Below are positions 12,026 through 23,229 of a stretch of 64,000 nucleotides of DNA, piece after piece (positions within the stretch are counted from its first letter, which is position 1; every line of letters starts with the position of its first letter). Made by a program: the position numbers and the translations under genes. The notes under the pieces are model-generated. The model saw only the letters and a program-made list of their open reading frames with translations, did no database searches and was not told the DNA's origin. Origin of the DNA: Carcharhinus amblyrhynchos (Eukaryota); assembly GCA_965287045.1 (NCBI GenBank), contig OZ336877.1:620001-684000 (forward strand), in the 5' to 3' direction.

Positions 12026-12560
12026 TTTAATTGTTTGGTGGATTTACACGTTAATTATCCATTTCTAAGATGCTTCATGAAGTTAGGCTGAGAATTAATA
12101 CTGTATTTGTTAATAATGTGATATTATTAATATAATGTCACTCACTTTTCTGGCTGGGCAAGTAAACAGTTTAAACTGTTCAGTTTCTTTCCTGCATGCA
12201 ATATCTCCTCAGAAGTTACAGTATTTTTTTAAACATTTTTGTCTTTTTTAACTTCCTCTGACTGTCTCCTTTTGTTCTCTCTCTCACTCCAAACTTTTTT
12301 TCCCTCTCTCGATTTCGCCTTCCCCAATCTTTTCTCCCCCCAGTTCCCATTGGTTAAGGTGTTACATTGCCACTCACTAAGGTCTCAGTCACATGGCCTT
12401 TGCCTTAAAATGTTCACCCACCGCTTCCAGGAACTTACCATTCAAAGTTTGTTTGAGTTGAAAAATGCAAGAACTGGCTTAACGAACAACGTGGATGACA
12501 ATGTGCCCAGCCCCAGCCAAACTTGTCCTGTATCTCAGGGTTCTTTATCAATGTCACCAC

Positions 12561-12672
12561 GGGTGGCATTTTATGGCCTCCCTCCAGCGAGAATGGAAAT
12601 TCCCGCACAAGGCGAATGGACATTCCCGTTGTGTGCCCCTCGCCCGCTCCGATTGGATGGCGGAATTCCGGC
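12561..12672. mobile_element. MITE-like element (probable Harbinger derivative)
   Basis: Ends gggtggcatttta and ggaattccggc. Internal cctcgcccgctccgatt is shared with 13229-13357. Confidence 0.65.
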
Positions 12673-13228
12673 AATGGTGTTGGGCGAAGGTTGTTTAGTC
12701 GCATTGTGGATTGTTGGTTGCAGACACACCCGGGGGATTTGAGACAGTCACCAGAATGACCCATTAAAGGAAAGAAATACCCCCAGGATGGTTTCAGGTG
12801 AAGGGTAACGACACCTAAATTACGAAATGTGTCATTTTATCCACTCAAGGCCGTGCGGTAGTTTTTGAATCCACAAATTAAGTCAGATGACTCTTGGTCT
12901 CACAGCCCATCGTTGTCCCTTATTAAAAAATGAAGCACCAGTTCCAGAAGATTCCGCATTGAGACCATTTTATGTTTTAAATGTTATGAATATGAAATAT
13001 CTTTACTGGGAATGACACTTTATGATGGATAGTCCTCGCTATCTTGTTTTCGTCTATGTTTGGCCCAAGGAATTACTAGTGATGTCGAAGCAGAATAATG
13101 TAAAACAGATAATGGAATTATATTTTCCTGAACTTCTCACCTCAATTCTCCTAATACTGACCTGGTACTTCGACATTAGGAAACGGTTCTGCCTGTTACA
13201 GAACTCAGCACACTGGCGAGAACGTCGA

Positions 13229-13357
13229 TGGTGGGATTTTACAGCTTTGCTCATCCCAAAGCCGTAAAATCCTGCCCGAGGTCAGCAGACCTTTTCCGTG
13301 GTCTATCCCTCGCCCGCTCTGATTCCTGTGGTGGATGGGATGGTAAAATTCCGGCCT
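13229..13357. mobile_element. MITE-like element (probable Harbinger derivative)
   Basis: Imperfect TIRs ggtgggattttac and gtaaaattccggcc, with an internal second gtaaaatcctgccc. Confidence 0.75.
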
Positions 13358-13479
13358 ATGTCTTTTCAAACTGTCCTCGATGCATCCATTCGCTGTCAAA
13401 ATCAGTAATTTTCTGTATGTGGATTCAAGGGTGGATTAGCACACCCTGAAACTACAATACTGACACGGTGACAAATACA

Positions 13480-13712
13480 CTGGAATTCTGCACACCGCGG
13501 GAGTTGGAGCAGGCAAGGACGGACAACGGGAAGGTCTGTTGGACTCGGTCGGGATTTTCCAGTCTGGGGTCGAGTGAAAGAACGATAAGTCAGTTCACTC
13601 GGTTACGTGCCGGAATTCTACCGCCTCGCTCACCACGGGATCAGAGTGGGCGAGGAGAGGGCGATGGGAGTGTCCGTGGACATCAGGTAGGATTTTACAG
13701 CTTCCTGCCCCC
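13480..13712. mobile_element. Two further copies of the same MITE family in the opposite orientation (about 13480-13590 and 13608-13712)
   Basis: gccggaattctaccgcctcgc...gggcgagg...ggattttac is the reverse complement of the 13229-13357 family. Confidence 0.65.
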
Positions 13713-14388
13713 TATTTGGAAAGAGGAATTGTGGAAAACCAGATGGTATTCCTCCCTATTCGTAAATTAGGTGTTGCCTGCTGAAAGACAGAACGCTAAA
13801 GAACAGCAGACGCAGAAGCAGTCGAAAGGAAAACAATACTTTTGTGTTAAGAACTGGAGGCTGTGACAATGTATGGACTGCAAGACCATTCCTTTTCAAG
13901 TCCACCAATACAGCAACGTAACTTTCTGGTGGCAGGACAAGTAACTCACTTTGTGACCTTCAGAAAGTCCTTCTTTTCAAAAGAATTCTGCAATAACTCT
14001 GAAGATCAACCTTGGCGATTGAGTTCACGTTGCTGTACTGCCGGAATGAAAATCCTTTCTTCGTCAGGTCTGCACCGTGCTTTTCACGATTATTTTGTTT
14101 ATGACTTGTAAAAGTTCACGATTCTCTTTAATGATATTTTCCTCAAGTGGGTGAGTGAGTGAAGTAACGTTAGATTTTCAAGCTGAACACGTGAATGAAC
14201 AATCCCCAAAATTTCAACACACACAGAGCTTGCTGCTGGTTTTTCAAATAGTCCAAACACTCGGAGATTAAGAAACACACAAAGCATCTTTTGGGAGAAA
14301 CACACAGAATACAGACGATAAGAAAAAGGAACAGTTAAATAGCTTTAACTGTTCCTTTAAATAGTAATCCCTCCGACTATTATTCCTA

Positions 14389-15183
14389 GCAAGTGTGAGG
14401 TTATCCACTTTGGCAGGAATAATACTAAGAGGGATTACTATTTAAAGGGCGAAAAGCTGCAGCATGCTACGGTGCAGAGGGACCTAGGGGTCCTTGTCCA
14501 TGAGTCGCAAAAACCCAGCCTGCAGGTGCAGCAGGTGGTCAGGAAGGCGAATGGGATGCTGGCCTTTATAGCGAGGGGGATAGAATATAAAAGCAGGGAG
14601 GTCTTGCTGCAACTGTACAGGGCACTGGTGAGGCCGCAGCTGGTGTACTGCGTGCACTTTTGGTCGCTGCACTTGTGTAAGGATATTTTGGCCTTGGAGG
14701 GAGTGCAGAGGAGTTCACTGGGCTGATACCGGAGATGAGGGGGTTGGACTATGAAGAGAGACTAAATAGACTGGTTCTGTACTCGTTGGAGTTTAGAAGG
14801 ATGAGGGGGGATCTTATAGAGACGTATAAGATAATGAAAGGGATGGATAGGGTAGAGGTAGAGAGATTCTTCCCGCTCAGAAAGGACAGCAGGACTAGAG
14901 GACACAGCCTCAACATGAGGGGGGGGGCAGTTTAGATCGGAGTTGAGGAGGAACTTCTTCACTCAAAGGGTGGTGAATCTCTGGAATTCTCTGCCCGTTG
15001 AATATAAATATATTTAAGTCACGGGTAGATAGGTTTTTGACAAAGGAATTAAGGGTTATGGGGAGAAAGCGGGAAAGTGGAACTGATCCATTTCAGATCA
15101 GCCATGATCTTATTGAATGGCGGGGCAGGCTCGAGGGACTAGATGGCCTACTCCTGCTCCTATTTCTTATGTTCTCATGTTCT
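14389..15183 (+). mobile_element. CR1 LINE 3' fragment, young subfamily
   Basis: KCEVIHFG, QRDLGVLVHESQKPSLQVQQVVRKANGMLAFI and RRMRGDLIETYKIMKG, with 3' UTR and tail. Confidence 0.95.
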
Positions 15184-16214
15184 AACAGTGGTTTCTCTCA
15201 TCCCTGTCCGTAGCCTGCCTGATTTTATGCTATACTCTATCTCGGCAGTGTGCTTTCATCTCTTCCCAAACCGTGCACCGATGTCTAAGTCTCACTCTTC
15301 ATATACTTCCTCGGAGCCCTCCAATAAAAAGCCTCCCGTGGAATTTCTGGACCAGGATTTTCATTTTCCGGTCGCTTGTTGAGTTTGACTAATTTCCTTT
15401 TTGTTGGCTTCTGAAAGCGTTCTTTGTAAATATGATGAATGTTTTTCGGCACAATGGGAGTAAATGATGCATTGTGTACGGTCTAGTGTGGCAGGCCTTG
15501 AACAAAACACCACTGCAGGAAGAAATCCTTAATCGTATCTCATTTCTCATGGGACTAATCTTACTAGCTTGTGTTGTCAGCCAGGAAGCTCTTCCATTGT
15601 CTGTTTTTATAGATATTTGGGCACTTGCCTGAAGAATAAGGCTGACCGTGATGGAGTGAGATGTAAAATCGCCCACCTGGTTAGTATTCATCTCCTCTCA
15701 TCTTCCGTTTTGCGTTCCGTGGTGAAATTTTAAAATAAACTGCCTCAAATACGAGGCACAACGTTAACATACTTTACAATTTTCCATCAGTTTCAGATGA
15801 TCAAACTCGTGCCAGTGATAGTGCGTTCCTGCACGTGTGAAGAATTCAGAGCTCGTTAGTGTGTGAGCGTGAGTTAGTGATGGGAACGCTTCACAGGACT
15901 GACAGAATGCATTTCCTTAAATGTCACACATAAATTATTCAGCAAACACTTCTTTGAAATTTAGAATCACACAAAACAACAACAATCCTTCCCATTGTTT
16001 CCATGCCAGTTTATCCTAATTATCCATAATTTTCGGTTGTTCTCTTCCTTTCCATTTTTTTGCCTCGCGCTCAATCGATTTACCCAGAATTAAACTAATT
16101 GTGATCTATTGAAGCAGAGGAGAAGCCGTTACAATCATCCATTAACAGTGTGGAGTTCTCACAATACAAATTTAGAGAAAAACGGACAATAAAATGATGA
16201 CTTGAATGAAATGA

Positions 16215-17652
16215 ATGATTCAAAAGAGAACAGAAAATACTTGGAATATTTGACGGATCGGGCCGCATTGGTGGAAAGGGCAACAGAGTGAATGGCTGGG
16301 ATTTTTCATCTCTTTATGTTGGTGGGGTCTTCCAGTCCAGCTGATGGTGTTCCCCCGCTGTGGGTTTCCAAGCGGTTAGGGGTGTATTTAACAAGAAACT
16401 TGGTTAACAATGGCAGGATCAGAAGATCCCGCTGCTGGCCGATGGTGGGTCATTTCAGGCAGTACGATGGCACAGTGGTTAGCACTGCTGCCTCAAGCGC
16501 CAGGTTTCTTTCCTATATTGGGTCACTGTCTGTGCGGAGTTTGTATGTTCTCGCCATGTCTGTGTGGGGTTCCACTAGGTGCTCTGGTTTCTTCCCACAG
16601 TCCAAAGATGTGCATGTTAGGGATTGGCCATGCTAAATTGTGCCTTAGGGTCAAGAGGGGTTAGCAGGGTAAATATGTGGGGATACAGGACTAGAGCCGA
16701 GGTGGGATTGTTGTCAGTGAGGATCAATGAAATGAATGGCCTCTTTCTGCACTGTAGAGATTTGATTATATCAGGAACTCTATACTTTTGCACTACATTG
16801 CATGGAAAATCCCACTCAATGTTTCAGGTCAATGATCTCCTCATCGGGGCTGAAAGAAGTTAAATATCTAACAGGTGGCAAATGAATACAGAGGTCGGGA
16901 AAACAAAGGGAGGGAGAAACAAAAAGGAAGGTATTTGATGGGATGGAAGGAAGGAGAGATTAAATGACTAAAGGGGTGATCGTGCGAGGCAAAGGAGATA
17001 TTAATGGAATAAGATGACTCCAGGGGAGGTGGAAATGAAAGTAGCAGAACCATAACCAACAGTCACCAACCAACCAAATATGGGCAGATCTTACAAACTG
17101 AAACCTTTGAATACTGTGTGAAGTCCCAAAGACAATAAATCAAAAGATGGGGTGCTGTTCCCTGAGCTTACATTGAGCTGCATTGACACAACTGCAGGGA
17201 ACAAACGGCAGAGCGGTCGGAATAGGAATGGAATGCAGAATAAAAATTACATAGTTAGATGTGAGGGTGAAACTTGTCACAGGCATCGTGATGTTCCTCG
17301 ATACCGTCACCCAATCTGTGTTTCGTCTCCTCGATGTTGAGCGAACTATATTGTGAGCAATGAACACAGTGTATTTAATTTAGAGAGAAAAGCTACAAGT
17401 GAACCACTCTTTCACTGGGAAAGAGTATTTGATGGCCAGAACAATGGGAAGGAGGGAATCAAGAAGACAAATCATTCATTTCCTTTGTTTGCACAGGAAG
17501 GTGCCACGGGAAGGGGATTGGGTGTTCGAGGTGATTAATGGGTGAAGCGGGTTGTCACATCGGGATTGTCCCTTCAGAATGCTGAAAGGGTAGGGGAAGG
17601 TGTGGCAGCATGTCGGAGGTGACAGCAATGGCTGAGAATGTCAGGGTGGGGG
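16215..17652 (-). mobile_element. Penelope-like element 3' part (GIY-YIG endonuclease, 3' region, hammerhead-like motif), interrupted at about 16292-16815
   Basis: Reverse strand IHCVHCSQYSSLNIEETKHRLGDGIEEH (about 17290-17375) is a decayed YCIxC..C...YIGETKRRLGDRFxEH. AAQCKLREQHPIF follows, and ccgatga..gacctgaaac lies at 16818-16849. Confidence 0.85.
16294..16770 (+). mobile_element. MITE-like fragment (about 16294-16455) followed by an HE1 V-SINE (about 16460-16770), both inside the PLE
   Basis: Starts ggctgggattttt. HE1 head tggcacagtggttagcactgctgcctca, V-domain and tail follow. Confidence 0.8.
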
Positions 17653-17657
17653 CTGAG

Positions 17658-18015
17658 TTCTCTTTAGCTTCACGTCTCCGTCTCTATTTCTCGGGGTTAG
17701 GTTATCAGCTCATATCCACTTTAAGCCCACAGACTCCCACAGCTACATTGAGTACACTTCCTCACACCTTGTTTCCTGTATGGGTTACATTCCGGTCTCA
17801 GTTTTTTCATTTCTGTCGCATCTGTTCTGACAATGCAAGCTTTCCTACCAGCGCTTCCTGAGCACCTTTCCTTTTCCTCGGCCGAGGATTAGTTGCCACG
17901 TCGGGCGACTGGGCCTTTGATAAAGTCTATTCTATTTCACGCACTCCCATTCTAACCCCTTCTCCCTGAAGCAGGGTAGAATCGGCCTTGTCCTCCCACC
18001 GCACCAGACTCCACA
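17658..18015 (+). mobile_element. Inverted 5' segment of the same PLE (RT C-terminal/thumb region)
   Basis: IHFKPTDSHSYIEYTSSH from 17714 and SQFFHFCRICSDNASF match the PLE RT motif YKPTDSHSYL...SQFLRLRRICS. Confidence 0.85.
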
Positions 18016-18867
18016 CGAAAAATCTGATACCAAGTCCATAAAATAACCTCTTCTCACTTTTCCTTCCCCAGTGTAAAACAAACATTTCAAGAAAACCTCT
18101 CGTCTGAGGAAAAATTTCAATTGATTGGAGAGAAGAAAAGCAGAAATGAAGGATATTGTGGTCTTATATATAAACAGCTCAGTAAAAATGAATGCATTTT
18201 AATGCTGATAGTTTAATATTTATGGAGCAGAATTAACAATTCAAATCTGAAGATACGTGACACCACACATATAAAACTTAATTTTCAGTGCTAGAGAGGT
18301 TATTTGGCAGCAATTAAGATTAATCGTGCCATTAAAAATTGTACTTAAACTGGAGTGGGCAAACCTTTACTCTCTGTATTGTGCTTAGTCCTTGCCTATC
18401 ACGCAAGGTCAGGTGCATCATGTCCCTCGACACATTAAAAAGGAACGCAGGCAGCGAGATGCCATTTTCACACAGATTATGAGTAACCACCTCCACATTC
18501 TCGTGTTTAACCTTGCCTCTGAGCTGGTCTTGAAGTTGCTATGCGACTAGTTCATCAATAAAAGTGGATGCCGTTGGTGTCACTATTAGTCTAACAGCAA
18601 ATACTGAGCACTGTCTCTGAAATGTTAATATATTATTGCTGAAGTACCTTGCAAAAGTACAAGTTATTGTTATAATATATTTAAAATACTATAAATCTGC
18701 CCAGGGATCACAAGAACGGAAAATTTGAGATTACTCTGGGTATTTTTTTCCTCTCATTTAATCCCACATTGTAATACTTGTGTCACAATGTCATAGGTTT
18801 ACTGAGGTTGTAATTTAAATATCTTTTTCTTTGGGCTGAGCAATTGGGATGAACTGTAACTCTTTTT

Positions 18868-19168
18868 ACAGAATCATAGAATCCCTACACTGCAGAAAGA
18901 GGCCATTCAGCCCCTCGAGCTTGCACCGACAACAATCTCACACAGGCCTTACTCCATAACCCCATGTATTCACCCTGCTAAAGGGCAATTTAGTGTGGTC
19001 AATCAATCTAATCTGCACATTTTTGCAGTGGGGGAGGAAATCGGAGCATGTGGAGAAAACCCAGGCAGATGCAGGGAGAATGTGCACACTCCACACTGTG
19101 TCCTGAAGCAGGAATTGAACCTGGGTCTCTAGTGCGGTGAGTGTTAATCACTGTGCCACCGTGCCTCC
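18868..19168 (-). mobile_element. HE1-type V-SINE
   Basis: Reverse complement has the tRNA head, V-domain and CR1-type tail. Confidence 0.9.
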
Positions 19169-19404
19169 CTATATTTCCTGTACCCATTCAGAACTTTCAC
19201 AGTTGATGGGCGTTATACATCTCAATACAGAGGAAGAGAATGTTGGGGGATTTGTAATTTGTGGCTAAATTCCAGAATAAGGGAATTGCTCACAAATAAC
19301 AAGTGACAAACACGATCCCTTGGTAAATCTCTTATGCATCTTTAAAACTGCAAATAATAAAATAAGAGCTGTATATGAGACATACTGATACCACGATGAC
19401 ATTT

Positions 19405-19720
19405 ACACCAAATTCCTGCTGCCGTTTAAGCCGGCAGGTTCTTACGATCCTGCCGATGGCGCATCCCCGTGGCAAATTTCTTTGTATCGAGGGGTGCAGT
19501 CAACAGCAAACCTTGCTGACGATAGTGGGATCCGTAAGATCCCTCCAGCAGCGAGTGGCACACTGCCTCCCACTGCCATGAAATATACCATGGACAAGGA
19601 GGAAAATCCCATCCAACCTTTCATGGAACGTCGGTGAAATGAACCCACATTTGTCTGCTTTCCTATCTGTCGCTTGGTCGAGAGAATGATGTCAGCAGAG
19701 AAAGTGGGAAGGGTCAATGG
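19405..19720. mobile_element. MITE-like / non-autonomous Harbinger-type fragments
   Basis: Similar to 16294-16455 (gtgggatccgtaagatccctccagc) and to the 12561-13712 family. Confidence 0.5.
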
Positions 19721-19832
19721 GAACTATGTCCACAGGGAGTTTTAATAGATAAATCAAAGAAAACAAAGAAACATTTGCTCAGATAGAATCTCTCAGTGTT
19801 TCACAAATGTGATCCTTTTGTCAGGAAAGGAA

Positions 19833-21035
19833 ATAAGAACATAAGAAATAGGAGCAGGAGTAGGCCATCCAGCCCTTCGAGCCTGCCCCGCCATTCAATA
19901 AGATCATGGCTGATCTGTCGTGTCTCAGTTCCACTTTCCCACCCTCTCCCCATAACCCTTAATCCCCTCTCTTATCAAAAACCCATCAACCCGCGTCTTA
20001 AAAATATTTAGCGAGGCAGCCTCCACCACTTCAACGGGCAGAGAATTCCAGAGATTCACCACCCTTTGAGTGAAGAAGTTCCTCCTCAACTCCGTTCTAA
20101 ACCGCACCCCCTTTATCTTGAGGCTGTGCCCCCTAGTCCTACTGTCTTTTTTGAGCGGGAAGAGTCTCTCCACCTCTATCCTATCCATCACATTCATCAT
20201 CTTATATGTCTCAATGAGATCTCCCCTCATTCTTCTAAACTCTAACGAGTACAAGCCTAGTTTATTCAGCCTCTCCTCATAGCTCAACCCCCTCAACTCT
20301 GGTATCAGCCTAGTAAACCTCCTCTGCACTCCCTCCAAGGCCAAAATATCTTTGCGCAGGTGCGGCGCCCAAAACTGCACACAGTACTCCAGCTGCGGCC
20401 TCACCAATGCCCTATACAGCTGCAGCAAGACCTCCCTACTTTTATATTCAATCCCCCTCGCGATGAAGGCCAGCATCCCATTCGCCTTCCTGACCACCTG
20501 CTGCACCTGCAAGCTGGGTTTTTGCGACTCATGCACAAGGACCCCGAGGTCCCTCTGCACCGTCGCCTGCTGCAGTTTTTCGCCCCGTAAGTAATAATCC
20601 TTCCTACCATTCTTCCTACCAAAGTGTACCACCTCACACTTGCCAATATTAAATTCCATTTGCCATTTCCTGGCCCATTCGCCCAGCCTATCTAGATCCT
20701 TCTGCAGACTCTTCACACCCTCCGCACAATTTGCCGTTCCCCCAATCTTGGTGTCATCAGCAAATTTCGACACCCTACACTCGGTTCCCTCCACCAGATC
20801 ATCTATATAAATGGTAAAAAGCTGAGGCCCCAGCACCGACCCCTGGGGTACTCCACTAGTCACCATCCGCCAATCCGAATAGCACCCGTTGACCCCGACT
20901 CTCTGCCTCCTATTTGACAACCAATCCTCTATCCACGCTAACACCCTACCCCCAACTCCATGTCCCTCGACCTTCTGCAATAACCTCTTGTGAGGTACTT
21001 TGTCAGACACCTTCTGAAAATCTAGAAAGACCACA
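19833..21035 (-). mobile_element. CR1 LINE 3' 1.2 kb with uninterrupted RT frame
   Basis: ORF 19925-21223 is open from VVFLDFQKVSDKVPH through VPQGSVLGP and KFADDTK to the natural stop. The first roughly 60 aa are read-through into flanking DNA. Confidence 0.95.
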
Positions 21036-21984
21036 TGAACCCTGAAATGTTGGCCAGGATTTTCCTGCCTCCTGGAAGGCTGAGTTCGAGCCTGGAGGAT
21101 GGCACGATTGTTGAAAATTGTTTTGGATCGGTTGCCCAATACAGTTTCCACGATTGGACATTTTACAATTGCAAAGAAGGATAGCGGCCAATTTAGAGGC
21201 ATTAAGGTCCAATTACGGGCCATTTTAGATTGTCAAAGGCAGGGTCAATTCTCCACAGATAATAGCTGACTATTGAGTATACTAGCATTCTCTGTTCCTA
21301 TTTCAGATTTCCAGCATCCGCACTTTCTTGCTTTTGGATCAATATTTGTGCAGTCTTTAGTCGACTGAACTGCTTTGGAGAAGGAAGGCAGAAAACCATC
21401 AAATTGATCAGTAATTATGCAGTTTAAGCAACATGGAAAAGTACCTTGAGATGCATCAACATTGGTTTGTTCTATTGGAAGAACATGTTTGAATTCCAGA
21501 ATGATGTGTCCAACAATTAAATAGTAATTTACTTGTCTGCAAAGTCACTTTAATTTTTGTCTGGAATGTTATGTCATACTGACCGGTTATTGATTCAATT
21601 GTATAGATTTGCATGTGCTAATTAAAAGTTTTGGGAGTTAGTTTTGACTTGTAATAAATCTTACTGAGTTTATCAAGAAGTGATATACGGTAGTCCAAGT
21701 TTCTTTAGAAGGTATTAATGCCAATTTTTTTATTTACCACAGCTAACTTTCACTTCACTTGACAAAAGCAGTATATTCGAGCTAAATATTGGAAAGGTCT
21801 GTTTGCAGATACAGGTGGTATATATCTTGCTATCTATTTAAAGTATTAAAATGATGCACGACATTTCTTGGAACAGATTTTTTTAATGTATGCAATTTAT
21901 TTTGCATACTGATCTTTGTTTTAAGTACAGTAATTGCAATATATAATTTGTTTGCACTCTATTCTGAAAAGTGTGAATCATGAT

Positions 21985-22275
21985 AGAATCTATATAGTAC
22001 ATAAGGACACCAAGAAGCCCACTGAGTCTGCACTGACCACAATCCCACCCAGGTCTTATTCCCATAACCTGTCATATTTACCCTGTTAATCCCCATGACA
22101 CTGAGGTTAACTGAGCATGGCCCATCAACCAAACCCCCACATCTTTGGACTGTGGAAGGAGACTCACACAGATGCGGGGAAAATGTGCAAACTCCACACA
22201 GACAGCCACCCGAGGTCGGAATTGAAGCTGGGTCCCTGGCGCTGCGAGGTAGCCGTGCTAATCGCTGTCGTGACA
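21985..22275 (-). mobile_element. HE1-type V-SINE
   Basis: Reverse complement contains the head (cctcgcagcgccagggaccc), a partial V-domain and the tail. Confidence 0.85.
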
Positions 22276-23229
22276 CCCACGTTCGTTAATAGAACAATAT
22301 ATCGAGGTGTATCATTTTGCAGCACTGGGTATTCTGCATTTTTGCATGGTGGAATATGCACACTAAAATCCTGTTAACATCTTTTTTGTACATTATTCTG
22401 TAAGAATGTAGTGGAAATATTACAACTATAAGATCTTGGAAGATGAAATGATGCTGCATCCGATAATAAAGCTTCAGAAAAGTGCACCGACTGGCTTCAC
22501 CGCAGTGCAGAAGATGCTTTTCTATCCTGACTTAGCCCCACCCCGCCCCCACCCCCCATCATCTCCAAATCTCTGCCAAAGACTCTCTCCCTTTCCCACA
22601 CAACCTTTCACTCTCCCAGATCATTCAAAGACCCAACCGATCACTCTCACAATTATTTCCTACTCGTGCAAAACATCCTTCCGTGTCTGAATCATTAACT
22701 GCTGTTCCGAACCACTCCTTTCTCCTACCAATAACTCCCTGCCTCTCTCAAACACTTGCTCTCTCTCCCAATCGCCATTTCTCTTTCTCCATTACTTTCA
22801 TCATCTCTCGATCACTCCTCTCTCCTTAACCGCCACCTTGCAATCCCTTATTAGAATGTAACCAGTGCCAACTTTGTAGCACGTGTAATGTGACCAATGG
22901 TAACAAGCTGTAATAAATAAGAACCTTTTGGGAATTGAGGGGAGCTTGGAATGGCCCAGGGCAAGATCCCACGTTTGAAGTAATGAAGTTTCTGTATGAA
23001 ACCCTTGCTTTGCTTTATAAGTTGGAATAAATTTTTTAAGTTGTTGGACTGTGCACGTCTGTCACGTACGGACACAGTTTTAGTAATAACTGGAATACAG
23101 TAAGGGGAACAGAGCCCGTCTTTGGTCAAATTACAGCATCATTAAAGAAGTTTTTTTGGGAAACAATCTTTCCCTGTCATCTTGTTCGATACAGACTGCA
23201 ATGCCGTAGCCGCCAGAACAGAGGAATCA

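Noticed and set aside
13944-14070. Minus-strand exon candidate with a gtgagt donor
   Set aside because: There are stops in all three frames and a weak acceptor.
19925-21223. 432-aa ORF as an intact or domesticated RT gene
   Set aside because: It is a 5'-truncated CR1. The N-terminal part is read-through into an unrelated repeat, and the endonuclease and first RT motifs are missing.
22560-22850. CT-rich tract as a structured repeat
   Set aside because: It is low-complexity sequence with no consistent period.
22857-23220. 5' LTR of the GalEa-like element
   Set aside because: It has TG...CA ends and an aataaa, but no matching 3' LTR, clear PBS or TSD, so I cannot link it.
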